Below are positions 1 to 10,993 of a stretch of 63,437 nucleotides of DNA, piece by piece. The notes beneath the pieces are model-generated. The model was not told where the DNA came from and ran no database searches. It saw nothing but the letters and a program-made list of their open reading frames with translations. How positions within the stretch are numbered: position 1 is the first letter of the stretch; every line of letters begins with the position of its first letter. The stretch spans positions 1-63,437 of the IMG/VR virus record IMGVR_UViG_3300028925_005942; one strand, written 5' to 3'. The position numbers and the translations under genes were made by a program. Source of the stretch: a virus (lineage: Duplodnaviria; Caudoviricetes).

Positions 1-180
1 GAATGCGAATAATCCAATAGCTACAACTATTACTTTTAAAAATATCATAATTTCTTTTTTATTTGTTAATTGTATTGGGGAGGCGACCAAACCCCCCCTC
101 TACTACTCAGGTCTGAAAAATTAAATGCTTTTGCAGGTCTTACCCTATATTTATTATTAATTATTTCCTGAGTATTATTG

Positions 181-312
181 TTAATCTTCTAAGTCCCTAA
201 GAAGTGATAGTAATTTATGCTTTGCTGTATCCACCTTACAGTGACTACCCTGCATTGCTTCTATTGACTCTAGGATTTCCTCAATCCTTTTTATTATTGC
301 TTTATTATCCAT
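181..312 (-). CDS. small hypothetical protein (43 aa, MDNKAIIKRIEEILESIEAM...)
   Basis: Read manually; TAATG overlap with the stop of 312..680. Confidence 0.55.
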   Translation of the reverse strand: MDNKAIIKRIEEILESIEAMQGSHCKVDTAKHKLLSLLRDLED

Positions 313-680
313 TATAGTATTGTCATTATCATTCCTGCATTCTCTTTATCTACCTCATAACCTAAGAAAGATGGGATTACATAGTCACAATTATCTTCCT
401 CTAGCCATTCATATTTCTGCATAAGGTCTAATGGAAGTTGAGCTGCATTTATATAATCAAACTTTCTCTTTGAATCTCTTACAAAGTAAAACCCTATCTT
501 ATATGGTTTCTCCTTACCCTCCAGAAGCTTTAAGAACTCTCCTTTCTTAGCTAGGTACTCAGCCTTAGTGTTTTTAACATACCTCTGTGCTGTTTTAGAG
601 TACACCAAGAACTTCCCAGTCCATTGCTTACTATTTTTGGAGCTAGACACATTACCTGATATCCATATTTCGCTACTCAT
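312..680 (-). CDS. RusA-like Holliday junction resolvase
   Basis: GNVSSSKNS N-terminus, RKFDYIN...DLMQ...EEDN acidic motifs; next to replication genes. Confidence 0.65.
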   Translation of the reverse strand: MSSEIWISGNVSSSKNSKQWTGKFLVYSKTAQRYVKNTKAEYLAKKGEFLKLLEGKEKPYKIGFYFVRDSKRKFDYINAAQLPLDLMQKYEWLEEDNCDYVIPSFLGYEVDKENAGMIMTIL

Positions 681-1179
681 CTAATTCTGTTTTTTTAATT
701 GTATCAATGCCAAAATATCTACTATATTCTTTTCTTGGTATTAATATTAGCTTAGATTGATTATTGTCCCCTCCCATCACTACCTTAAGATTTTTTATAC
801 TCTTCTTGATTAATTTCTTTAACTTGTCTACCTCCATCATCCATACATTATTAGAGGAGATGTTGGGCATATAGTACACCCACCAATCAGACTTAGTAAC
901 AGATAAGCCAGAAGGCTTGCCCTTGAATTCAATCTCAATAGCTATATTACCTGTATCTCTACCGTCAGAGACATAATCATCTGTTTTGACTTCAAACATA
1001 AGGTTTTTGTCGGCTTTTGGAGAGTACATTATTAAATCATAATCTGAGTTCTTACCATTCTTTTCTAAGCCATCAATGATTTCCATACCCTGCATAGCAA
1101 GATATAGTGCTATAATTTTCTCTCCATTCTCACCGAACTCTCTATCTTTTTCTACCTTTTCGTTTCTCCATGTTTCCAT
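673..1179 (-). CDS. PD-(D/E)XK family nuclease
   Basis: GE...YDL...FEVKTD...TGNIAIE...PSGL..TKSDWW pattern. Confidence 0.65.
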   Translation of the reverse strand: METWRNEKVEKDREFGENGEKIIALYLAMQGMEIIDGLEKNGKNSDYDLIMYSPKADKNLMFEVKTDDYVSDGRDTGNIAIEIEFKGKPSGLSVTKSDWWVYYMPNISSNNVWMMEVDKLKKLIKKSIKNLKVVMGGDNNQSKLILIPRKEYSRYFGIDTIKKTELDE

Positions 1180-1227
1180 ACTGCAAATATATGTTTTTTT
1201 GTTAATATAATTATTAAATGTTAATAA

Positions 1228-2991
1228 CTAGTAAGGTAGCCTATCTGAATCTATTTTATTAACCAAGTCATCTAAGGGATACTCTCCATTTTCATAGAAC
1301 CTACCCGATGGTCTATGGTAGTTAAACGTAATAGGAGCTCCTGTAGGGATACCTACAAGCTTTTGAAACTTAATCTTCTGCACATGAATATGAGAAGTAG
1401 TGTCTCTAGGGTCTTTAGGGTTAGGTCTATGGACTGTTATAATATTATCAGCCTTATTATACCAGTTAGCCCCTCCAGAAATCCTATATGCCGTTGGAAC
1501 TTCATTATCCATTGTATTACTACCCGCTACACTCCTCATTGTAATAGGATGAGCAACAACCATAAACTTAACATCATTAGCCTTAGTGAACCTTCTAATC
1601 TTGTTAAGAGTGTTGGCTACGTGATTAGCTTCAGATACTCCCGAATAGTCATGGTCTAATTGATTGTAAGGGTCTATTATAACTCCTTTAATCCCTCTAG
1701 TCCTAACAAGGTACTGAAACCTATCCAACACATTATCTAGTTTAAAGTTATCCTCTGGGTATACTGCAAAGAAATGCTTATTAACAAACTTCATTCCCGC
1801 ATCATACTCATTGATATTCATCCTACTGTCAGCATCAATATCAGATGTTGTACCCACATACATCTCAATAAGAGTTTCATACAACTCATTGATTGGATAA
1901 TTCTCTGGAGAAAACACCCCCCACTTCCATCCATAAAGAATAGCTGAGTTAATCATAATCTGAAAGCAGAAAGATGACTTACCGTGTCCTGGTATCCCTG
2001 TAAACACATCAAATTCAGCAGCTCTAAGTGAGTAGTGTCCATCCAACCCTGCATACCCAGTAGTTAACCCTTTCTCTTTTCCATTGTGATATGAATCCCA
2101 TAGCATTTCTTCTACAGAATCAACTCCAAATACTCCTTCAATAGGATAAGGTCTAGCCCCTTCGTAACACTCGTAAAGCTTTTCCTCACTATGCTTAACT
2201 AAAACATCATTCGCATCCTTACAGTCTTCAGGAAAGTCTATAATCCAAACTCTATCTCTACCAAGCCTTCTACTAAGTTCTTCTAGGAGTCTTCTTCCAT
2301 TAGCATCATTGTCTACTGCGATATATATCTTAGTCTTATTCTCAAAGTACTTGTAACAATTATCTAAGTAAGAAAATTTAGCTTCAACATTTTTAGCATT
2401 AGCATTTGGAGCTCCATCAGGTACTGATACACAGAAATCTAACCCTAGAGCATCAAAAGAAAGCTTATCAAATTCTCCCTCTACTATAATAACCTGTTCT
2501 TTCTCTTTAATATCATCTAAACCATAGAAAACCTTTTCCGCACCAGCCACTTGCTTAAAGTTCTTATCTCCATCTCTATACTTAACATTCACACACTCAC
2601 CATCCTTGAAATAATTAAACCTGATAGTGTTTGCTTCTTTCTGTACTTGCGGCATGTACACCTTCTCTTCTGTTATTTTGTTTTTAATAACGACTTCTTG
2701 AGGTATACCTCTACCCTTAAAATACTTAAGCATTTTATCCGATACATCTGACTTATTGTATGCAGGCTTATTATATTTTATATACTTTTCTCTCATTTTT
2801 TTTTCTATTACCTTCCCAGACCACTCACAGTGATGACATACAAACACTCCGTTCTCTGTGTTTATAGACAAACATGGTTCTGTCTTTTTCTTTCTAGAGG
2901 TAGAACATTTAGGGCAGATGGCTTTTATTTCGTGTGTCCATCTACCCTTATATTCTATCCCGTACTCGTATAATTGCTCTTTTGTTATCAT
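1228..2991 (-). CDS. Twinkle/T7 gp4-like DNA primase-helicase
   Basis: Zn finger (CPKC...CHHC), TOPRIM (IVEGEFD, DNDANG, KDAND), Walker A TGIPGHGKS, SF4 motifs IIDPYN and VAHP. Confidence 0.93.
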   Translation of the reverse strand: MITKEQLYEYGIEYKGRWTHEIKAICPKCSTSRKKKTEPCLSINTENGVFVCHHCEWSGKVIEKKMREKYIKYNKPAYNKSDVSDKMLKYFKGRGIPQEVVIKNKITEEKVYMPQVQKEANTIRFNYFKDGECVNVKYRDGDKNFKQVAGAEKVFYGLDDIKEKEQVIIVEGEFDKLSFDALGLDFCVSVPDGAPNANAKNVEAKFSYLDNCYKYFENKTKIYIAVDNDANGRRLLEELSRRLGRDRVWIIDFPEDCKDANDVLVKHSEEKLYECYEGARPYPIEGVFGVDSVEEMLWDSYHNGKEKGLTTGYAGLDGHYSLRAAEFDVFTGIPGHGKSSFCFQIMINSAILYGWKWGVFSPENYPINELYETLIEMYVGTTSDIDADSRMNINEYDAGMKFVNKHFFAVYPEDNFKLDNVLDRFQYLVRTRGIKGVIIDPYNQLDHDYSGVSEANHVANTLNKIRRFTKANDVKFMVVAHPITMRSVAGSNTMDNEVPTAYRISGGANWYNKADNIITVHRPNPKDPRDTTSHIHVQKIKFQKLVGIPTGAPITFNYHRPSGRFYENGEYPLDDLVNKIDSDRLPY

Positions 2992-3689
2992 TCAAACATT
3001 TCTTTATGTTCATTTCCCGATATATTATCAAAATTAACTTCATTCGCTCCAGTTTTCGAAACTATTTCATCCTCCCATCCCTTATTTCTTAGGAATGTAT
3101 CAGGATTTTTTCTATACTGTTTATCAGGTCTATGTAATTTATACTTAGGTATGTAATTCATACAACTTTTCTTATCTTTAGCTGATAGAGAACTCCACAA
3201 TGATAGTGACTTATCTTTCCCTACCCTCTTATCATATCCCTCCCAGAATTCTTCGAATCCTTCAGGGTTGTTAGCTTTCTTTTTATTTGTTTTGGTAGGA
3301 CTTGTCCCACCAGTTTTATCCTTACTCCATCTGATTTTAGCCCACTCTCTTGCTTTTTCTGTTTTTATATCTCTTTTAGCAAGTCTTTTGTTTAGGGAGT
3401 TAGACCAGAAATGTTCTCCATCGGATTCAAATAGCTCAAATTCTTCTATGCAATCCTTGACAAATTCTTTGATTGTATCAGGGTCACTACATGTTCTCTT
3501 GGCTAATACTCCCCATGTGGATTTTTTAGACATAATTAACTTATACCCTTCCTCCATAGATAGAGTTTCTATAATAATCCAATAGAACCCATACCCTTCA
3601 GCCCCATAGACTGAGAGTAGGGTTTCTATCTTCATATCACTAAACGCTATCGTATCATGTGGAAACCAATACGACTTTGTTTTAGCCAT
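2988..3689 (-). CDS. DUF4373/Lin1244-like phage replication initiator
   Basis: YWFPHD...YGAEGYGFYWIIIETL N-domain; C-terminal FEEFWEGY...RKNPDTFLRNKGWEDE; directly upstream of the helicase. Confidence 0.75.
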   Translation of the reverse strand: MAKTKSYWFPHDTIAFSDMKIETLLSVYGAEGYGFYWIIIETLSMEEGYKLIMSKKSTWGVLAKRTCSDPDTIKEFVKDCIEEFELFESDGEHFWSNSLNKRLAKRDIKTEKAREWAKIRWSKDKTGGTSPTKTNKKKANNPEGFEEFWEGYDKRVGKDKSLSLWSSLSAKDKKSCMNYIPKYKLHRPDKQYRKNPDTFLRNKGWEDEIVSKTGANEVNFDNISGNEHKEMFE

Positions 3690-3691
3690 CT

Positions 3692-3958
3692 TTAGAACGG
3701 TAAGTCATCAGCATCAGCACTAGTAGACTCAGCTGGAGCTTTCTTTTCAGACTCTCTCCATTCCGATGCAGCTACTGCAAAATATTTCTTACCCGTCTTA
3801 CTTTCATTCAGCCACATAGCTAAATTCAATTTAACACCATCCTTGTCGTAGAATGTTCCTGTGTAATCAGGGTGTTTTTCAGACTCTTTCTTTTCATTTT
3901 TGAACATCGCTCCCGTGTTCGGTTTGTTTTCGTATGCCATTGTATTTGTTTTTGACAT
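3692..3958 (-). CDS. putative ssDNA-binding protein (DUF736-like)
   Basis: HPDYTG...LAMW motif and acidic DDLPF tail. Confidence 0.65.
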   Translation of the reverse strand: MSKTNTMAYENKPNTGAMFKNEKKESEKHPDYTGTFYDKDGVKLNLAMWLNESKTGKKYFAVAASEWRESEKKAPAESTSADADDLPF

Positions 3959-3968
3959 TATGCTTACT

Positions 3969-4289
3969 CTAATATTGGTTTTCAGCTTCCCCCGTTTTCC
4001 TAATTTTACTATACATCATTTTAACTTCTCTTTTTCCAAATCCTGTGATGTGATATAAAGCAGTAATACCGTTACCACCCCCTCTCATCATCTCTATCAG
4101 TCTTTTGTCCTTCAGAGCCTTCATACCCTGCTGGATAGTATTATGGCCTAAGGGGATGTCTCTTTTTACTTCTCCCTTAGAGAATGTCTCTGAGTGGTAT
4201 GCATACAATAATATATGCACTACCGAGTATGAGACATCAATTCTATCTGATGTTTCTTTTTGGAACTTTCTAAAATATTTTAAATTCAT
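3969..4289 (-). CDS. winged-helix (MarR-like) DNA-binding protein
   Basis: TIQQGMKALKDKRLIE...YHITGFG wHTH pattern. Confidence 0.6.
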   Translation of the reverse strand: MNLKYFRKFQKETSDRIDVSYSVVHILLYAYHSETFSKGEVKRDIPLGHNTIQQGMKALKDKRLIEMMRGGGNGITALYHITGFGKREVKMMYSKIRKTGEAENQY

Positions 4290-4864
4290 GACTCAATATA
4301 AATTCTCTCAGCATCTGTACCTATACAAATTAATCCTTCATATTCATATAAAACATCATTTACTGAATTCCATCCTTCACCATTTTGCTTAATATCTCCC
4401 TTAAGGTAAAGTCTATTGCCTTTAAGTTCAACTCCATCATGTTTCCATAAGATGTTATTAGCACCTTTATAAGATAAAGGAATGACTGTACCTTTAGTTT
4501 TATGTAGGAAGAAGTGAAGGGTTACATAGGTTTTATTTTCAACTCCTATCAAGTCATTCAGTTCTTTGATGATAGTATTAGCATCAGTAGAATAGTCTAA
4601 GATATCATTCACCTTGTTAATAGCGTGAATTACCGTAGCATGAGTTGCAAATCCTCCCATCTCTCTATACTGCTTAGAGATTAATGTTGATGAACCATTA
4701 TATTCCCCATAATAATGAGCATACCAAAATAAGTGATGTCTAGCATCAATTACAGCCCTTACTCTTGTCTTAGAAAATATCTGCTCTAATGTAACATTAA
4801 AGTACTCAGACATATATACCGATAACTGTTGCATCGATACATCTTTTGTTATTGTTTTTTTCAT
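4286..4864 (-). CDS. protein with DnaA C-terminal (domain IV) HTH
   Basis: YFNVTLEQIFSKTRVRAVIDARH...THATVIHAINKV resembles the DnaA domain IV signature (SxxR..ARQ..DHTTVxHA); no AAA+ domain. Confidence 0.75.
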   Translation of the reverse strand: MKKTITKDVSMQQLSVYMSEYFNVTLEQIFSKTRVRAVIDARHHLFWYAHYYGEYNGSSTLISKQYREMGGFATHATVIHAINKVNDILDYSTDANTIIKELNDLIGVENKTYVTLHFFLHKTKGTVIPLSYKGANNILWKHDGVELKGNRLYLKGDIKQNGEGWNSVNDVLYEYEGLICIGTDAERIYIES

Positions 4865-5637
4865 TATAATATTCCTTTAAAATAATACTCATCTATGTTA
4901 CTACTTTTATCTATAAAGAATTCCTTATATCTATTTAATAGTGCGTTATTTTTTAATCTTCCTGCTCCAACGAAATCCTCACTTGCTTGGTAGATAGCTA
5001 ATCGATATGGAGATGCTTTCTCTATAACAACAAACCAAAAGTCAGTTGCTCCAAAACCATCCAAATACCACGCTGCTTGCCTGTCATACCCATACTTCAT
5101 TGAAGACCTTCTAAAGGCATCTAAAGAGCAATCCTGAGTAGTTTTGATGTCAATAAGAATCTTATCTCCATTGTCATCTATAACAATCATATCAGCCTTA
5201 CCCTTACACTTAACACTTCCATTATCCCAAATCCTAACTGATTCTTTATGAGATTTTTCTAGGAATTTACTTGCTATATCATTGCTATAAATAACATCAG
5301 ACATTTGATTGATAGCATTCCATTCAGACACAGAGATGATAGTTTTTCCCTCATTCTCTAATACGAATTCATCCCAGACCTTACCTCTTCTAGTCTTACC
5401 ATCGTATATTGCTATGTCTGAGTCTACCTTTCCAGGCTCTAGTATTGTTGTATGGAATGCCTTACCAAATGTAAGAGCTGGAGAAGACTCTCCCACTCCC
5501 TCAAAATACTCTCTTAGATGTTGAGGAGACTTTCCTAATTTCCCTAACATACTGTTCGTTAGATATTCTCTATCTGCATAGTAAATATCGTCATCAAGAA
5601 ACTTAATCTCTTGATTTAAAATATCCTCCTCACTCAT
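4864..5637 (-). CDS. exonuclease VIII/RecE-like PD-(D/E)XK nuclease (DUF3799)
   Basis: LTNSML...FGKAFH...CKGKAD...DIKTT...YDRQAAWY...VIEK. Confidence 0.85.
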   Translation of the reverse strand: MSEEDILNQEIKFLDDDIYYADREYLTNSMLGKLGKSPQHLREYFEGVGESSPALTFGKAFHTTILEPGKVDSDIAIYDGKTRRGKVWDEFVLENEGKTIISVSEWNAINQMSDVIYSNDIASKFLEKSHKESVRIWDNGSVKCKGKADMIVIDDNGDKILIDIKTTQDCSLDAFRRSSMKYGYDRQAAWYLDGFGATDFWFVVIEKASPYRLAIYQASEDFVGAGRLKNNALLNRYKEFFIDKSSNIDEYYFKGIL

Positions 5638-6234
5638 CTATAAAGGAGGTAGTGTCGCAAGATTAATAGCAGCGCTAAGTTGTTTATGTTGGATTTTAGT
5701 CATTGTGTAGTCGTTCATTCTCTCACTAACTACCCCATCATTACCAGCCTTGATAGAAGTCATCATTAAACCCATAATAGCTTCAGTCATCTTCTTTTTA
5801 GTTGCCTTAGCTGGTTTAGTAACTTCTTTAGGATTAGATGTAGCATCTGCATCCTTTGTATCATCAATCAAAAACATATTTCCGAGAGTGTATTTCTTTG
5901 AATAACTGCTTGATGAACCAAAAGATTGTGCTATATCCATACCCTTACGGTCAGGGTCTATTCCTGCTGATGAAGTAGATGTAATAACCTCTCCTGTCTC
6001 ATCTATCAATGAAGCTTTTGTAGCTACAAATAAATATCCTCCCAACTCATTTGTTTCTTCTGAGAAAAGTAATATTAGTTTATGCTCCTTTAGGTGAGGC
6101 TTAAGAGCCTCAAGGATATCTTCAGAGCTCCTGTACTTATAACCACCAAAGGAATTCATCTGTCCTTTATGAACCTTTAAGTTTGTTTGTATCATGTTTA
6201 ATTTTTCGTGCAATGTCTTAGTTACTTTTGTCAT
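5638..6234 (-). CDS. ERF-family single-strand annealing protein
   Basis: NSFGGYKYRSSEDILEALKP...AQSFGSSSSYSKKYTLGNMFLIDD. Confidence 0.88.
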   Translation of the reverse strand: MTKVTKTLHEKLNMIQTNLKVHKGQMNSFGGYKYRSSEDILEALKPHLKEHKLILLFSEETNELGGYLFVATKASLIDETGEVITSTSSAGIDPDRKGMDIAQSFGSSSSYSKKYTLGNMFLIDDTKDADATSNPKEVTKPAKATKKKMTEAIMGLMMTSIKAGNDGVVSERMNDYTMTKIQHKQLSAAINLATLPPL

Positions 6235-6388
6235 TTCTTAATCTTTTAATTGTTAATTTTAATTGTTTTACTTCTTCTTCTAGAGCCAGTCTTATCGACC
6301 TCTCCTCATCATAATTCATCATCCACACCCTTGTCGACATGGCTAATTGTTCTGACTGCTGAATGAACAGCTCCTTCATTTTTCCCAT
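6218..6388 (-). CDS. hypothetical coiled-coil protein (start moved to MGKMKELF)
   Basis: The promoter at 6412-6419 lies inside the longer ORF call, so ATG at 6388 is preferred. Confidence 0.6.
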   Translation of the reverse strand: MGKMKELFIQQSEQLAMSTRVWMMNYDEERSIRLALEEEVKQLKLTIKRLRNDKSN

Positions 6389-6459
6389 ATTATTTTGTTT
6401 TAAATTGTATGCAAATATACGGCATCTTTTCATATATATTACAATTGTTAATAACTTTT

Positions 6460-6837
6460 TTAATTGACAGAATCAGTATCCATATCACTTATCATAGCTC
6501 TAGTAAGGGGGTCTAGTCCATCCTCATATAGGTCATCCAAGCCCTTATATTTTTTGAACTCATCCCCCGCAGCTTTAAGGATATTAACAGCTAACTCCAT
6601 GTCATTTGAGCATTCAAAGAGAATGTTTGATAGTGTTTGAAGTCCAGAGATATGGTGCATTACAACATCTTCTCCGTTTAAGTCAAACTCCTCAATCTTT
6701 GCATCTGAATTACTCATTCTAATCATCATGCTATCCAAATGTTTTCTTACTTCGGGAGCAGAGTCCTCAATGAATTTAACCAATCCTTCTTGTAGTTTGG
6801 TTACTTTCTCTATTGTTACCTTTATATCTTTTTTCAT
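6460..6837 (-). CDS. hypothetical protein
   Basis: ORF track, co-oriented with neighbours. Confidence 0.6.
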   Translation of the reverse strand: MKKDIKVTIEKVTKLQEGLVKFIEDSAPEVRKHLDSMMIRMSNSDAKIEEFDLNGEDVVMHHISGLQTLSNILFECSNDMELAVNILKAAGDEFKKYKGLDDLYEDGLDPLTRAMISDMDTDSVN

Positions 6838-6840
6838 ATA

Positions 6841-6904
6841 TTATGTTATATTATCTTATCTTATCTCATCTTATAGCATTGCGTTTGCATATGCATATGC
6901 ATAC
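6841..6904 (-). repeat. iteron-like element copy 1
   Basis: Minus strand GTATGCATATGCATATGCAAACGCAATGCTATAAG followed by ATAAG-type pentamers. Confidence 0.8.
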
Positions 6905-6993
6905 TTTAACCCTGTAAAAGTAGAGATATCATCACTATAACTGCCCATACTATGGTTTTAACTATATATTCCTTAGTCCTCATACTCACTATG

Positions 6994-9900
6994 CTATAGT
7001 GTGATTAGGTGGACTTCATCTGATTCTATCTGTTGGATTAGTATATAATCTGTCTCATTTCTATATCGTTCTAGGAGCAATTCTATTACCTCATGACTCT
7101 CTAAATCTGGAGCATTCTCCCATTCAAAGATACTCATTTCAAATAATTTACTGAACTCATTATGCAATTCAAATGCATCTAAAAATTCTCTTAATGTAAC
7201 ATACTCTTCTTTTCTTTTTGCTAATACCATTTTTGTTTTCTTTTTTTTATTAATAATTATCTAATTGTTCTGATGCTTCTTGTAAATCCTCATACTCCTT
7301 TACTAATGCAAGAAACCTATCTAATAAGTTCTTCCCATTCCCTTTTATTCCAAAGTATTTTTTAACATCAGTAACATACCAATTCCTATGAGGTTTCATA
7401 TTGTTGTTTACATACAACGATATATCTCTTTTTGATACCATTAAATTGTATACTGCCCTGTTCATAGGGTTTCCATTCATCTGAAAGACATTGTCTTGGT
7501 CAAATAATTCATCAGTAAATTGAGTTTTCTGCGCTAACATAGGTAACCCTAGATTAGTCATGATAGTGTATTGTTCTTTTTTATTCATTTTATTTATTTT
7601 TATTATTAATCAAGTAGTACCATATATTCATCAGGATAATTCTTCCTAAACCAAGCTATACCTTTATTCATTAGAGGGTACATACTCATGGCTTCAGCCC
7701 CCATTATTAAATCATACATTGACGCTGAATGAGAGTCGCAATAAATCTCTCCGTAACCCATTCTATTCTGTATAATTTCTCCTTCAGGGTAAATTCTTCC
7801 ATCAAACCATTTAGGTAGTGGAGCGTTCTTGTCTTCTTTATTCATTGACATTATTTATTTCATTTTTAATTTGTTCTTCATCCATTGAAAGTATTTCTTC
7901 CAATAATTCCCCTATACATTGTATAGTTTCTTCTTTTTGACGCTTAACGGCTGTCTCTAAAGCACCATCTGTATAAGGGTCTATACTTACATCATAATCT
8001 TTCATCCATGATGCCATTATTTCTAATCTTTCTTTCATTTAATTATTTTTATTATTCTTCCTTCAATTATTATATTATCATAATGATTACCATCTACATC
8101 ATTATTATTCTCATCAACCCAATGAGGAAGTTTTCTTGGATTGTATGATAGTGTTTCTTCAGCCCAGTAGTGTTTCTGCGTTAAAGTATTCAGCTCATCA
8201 CCCATTAAATCTGCATCAGTATTATACGCCATAATAGACTCACACTCTATCCAAGAACAAACCGTTTTATTTTCCCCATCTTTTATTTTAAGGGCTGTTT
8301 TTTTATTATTCTTGAGGACTGCATTATCTACATCTAAAAGCACATCTTCAGGAGTAAAATAATATAACTCATCAGTATCAATACCTCTGACCTGCCATTT
8401 CATATAATTTTCTCCCTTACCTAGATGATATCTTAATTTATATTTCATGTTTATTATTTTGGTTATCATATAAGAATTCTTGTTCCATTGACATAGTCAA
8501 ACCTATTGACCTTATCTGTTGGCACTTCTCACTTTTTGTTAACTCTTTGTTTCTTTCTACATCTACAAGTTCCTCTATGTAACATGCGATGGCTTCGTTT
8601 AATTCTTCCATATCTATTTATATTTTACATTTAATTGTTTATACATCTGAAAATCCATTCCCGTCTCTTCAAGAATATGTTGCATGTTCTCTCCATCCAC
8701 TTCCCTTTCTTTAATCATTTCTATTATATCCTTAACACCACGAATTCTTAATTCTTTAGTCCTAAGTTCTAATTCCTCTATGTGTTTCATAAAGGCTTTT
8801 ACATAACATGTATCATCTGTATTCATTTCTTCTAAGCGATAGTCATTAAAGTAATTAAACCCATCATCGACTCTATTTATTAGACTTTTATATGTTTTAT
8901 TTTCTGGCTCATTCATAATTTTTTTGGGTATATATTTGTTAGGTTATTTAATAAGTTTTCATATTCATCATACATTTCTACATAATATTCGTGTGCTTCT
9001 TCTTGCATAACCATCTCATTTTGTTTTCCTACTTCATTTGATGGAGCGTAAGTTTCTTGCCCGTAATTCATCTGAGTTATCTGTGTAGCTAATTCATCCA
9101 CTAATTCCATGAATAAATTATGGTCTATATATATTTTATTTTTTTCCATGATAGTATTTGTTAATCTATTAAGTTAATTTCACTAATATGCTCTACATAA
9201 TCCCAGTACACACCTATCTCAGAATGCAACTCTCCAGCTTCTCCTAGCCCTATACAAAAAGCATTGTCATTATCTTCTGACACCTTATGTATATACTCCA
9301 TAATATCCTTACACCAGTCATCTGATTCATACCACTTTGTATATTCAAAAGTATAAAACTTCATCCCATCGTTTTCAATATGTATCTTTAGATAGTTGGT
9401 TGACTTGATAGGGTGGAATTCGTGCTTAATCAATATTTCATCAAACTTATCCGATAATTTACCATACTCTACTCCTATAATTACTTTACTTCTATATCCC
9501 ATTTTATTTAGTTTTAGTTAATTTATTTATAAGTGTCCTCCATATCCATCAGGGCATTGGTATCTCCACTCGCTATCTCCTTTATTATCCATCCCCTCAT
9601 AATCTCCCAACCCACTTCCAAACAGATATTCTGACTTAGCTACTTTATTTGATATTTCCTCAATCCATAGGTCTTCGTTATCTAATATCCAGTCATCTAC
9701 TTGAACATCTTTAGGTACTTCAATTTCTATCTCTGTAAACTTATGATATACACTTCGTTGTTGAATTTTTACTTTCATCTTATTTATTTTTATTGTAATT
9801 ATTAATAAATCCCACTACTGAGTTGTAAGCATGTGCTATGTCTTGATTGCATATACTCTCGTAGATATTTTTGATAGCAGTATTAGATACTTCTTCACTT

Positions 9901-10408
9901 TGCTCTGCCTCTCCGACCAAACACTTTTCTATCACTGGCATTAGCCAATCCCAAGATTTGTGGTAATCTCCCCAAGGTAAACTACCATCTATTTTAGGAT
10001 GTTCAAAATCACCAACATACATAAATTCTGCTATAATTTTATTTTCTTTCATCTTATTTAATTATTAGGGTTGTTAATTGTAGCTATACACTCTAGAACT
10101 GATTGACCTATACTAGCATTTACTTCATAGTCATAATAGCGTACTAGATGGCTCGTGATAGTGTTTCTCATCTCTTCAGTATATCCTACTAACGAATCAA
10201 ATTCATTAGGGTACACTTCATCTAGATAATTATGCATACATTCATACTCTGAGTCTAGCTCGGTATTGAACTTAGACTTAATAAACCCAGCATAAGCAGG
10301 TTTAATGATGTCAAATTGTAGGTCATACTCCATCTTTGAAAAGTCTTTATTGAAACAAACCAATAGTTGGCTGAATAAATATTCACTGTAATTTAATGTT
10401 TTTTCCAT
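6994..10408 (-). CDS. cluster of about 12 small hypothetical early proteins (6994-7230, 7250-7588, 7606-7851, 7838-8038, 8035-8469, 8614-8916, 8913-9149, 9161-9502, 9527-9778, 9780-10052, 10058-10408)
   Basis: Tightly packed co-oriented ORFs with A-rich leaders and overlapping stop/start codons. Confidence 0.7.
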
Positions 10409-10412
10409 TTTT

Positions 10413-10652
10413 TTAAATAGTATTAGTTAGTATCTCGTATTCTGATATTTGCACGGACTTTATTGAGCCATCTCTCTTAAAATACCTAGTAGGTACATTA
10501 ATTTTGTTTGACTTAACATCATATCCATATTTCTTTAGTTCGCATATCCTTGATGCTAGTCTATAACACCCAAATAAATTGATAGCTTCCTTTTGTGTGA
10601 GTTTATTACCTGCTTGTAGGTAATCAATTATATCACTTGTCTGTGTTCTCAT
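10413..10652 (-). CDS. HTH DNA-binding protein
   Basis: IIDYLQAGNKLTQKEAINLFGCYRLASRICELKKYGY. Confidence 0.75.
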   Translation of the reverse strand: MRTQTSDIIDYLQAGNKLTQKEAINLFGCYRLASRICELKKYGYDVKSNKINVPTRYFKRDGSIKSVQISEYEILTNTI

Positions 10653-10653
10653 T

Positions 10654-10992
10654 TTAAATAGTATTTATTATCGTATTAGTTATCAACACTTCTTGTTGAT
10701 TAGCTACTTCTTTTATGCATTCCTTTAATTTACTAAAATACACATCTTCATTATTGTCGGTTATTATTTGTAGTACATAAGTTTTTATAACTGTAAAATC
10801 CTCATCATAAGTTTTTTTCCATCCACCTTGACCCTTCAGTAAAGTATAGCCTGTATGGTGTATTCTTTGTAATTCACCATTTTGATTGGCATACATACCA
10901 TGACTAATTGCATCAGTTATTTTATTGAGAACCTCTGAGCATTCTAATTCATTGTCTATTGAAAAATAGATTGTATATAATTGCTTTTTCAT
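10654..10992 (-). CDS. DUF3574/SAM-lyase-like ferredoxin-fold protein
   Basis: GYTLLKGQGGW...YVLQII...IKEVANQQEVLI resembles the G.T...G.W...QxxVL pattern. Confidence 0.45.
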   Translation of the reverse strand: MKKQLYTIYFSIDNELECSEVLNKITDAISHGMYANQNGELQRIHHTGYTLLKGQGGWKKTYDEDFTVIKTYVLQIITDNNEDVYFSKLKECIKEVANQQEVLITNTIINTI

Positions 10993-10993
10993 A

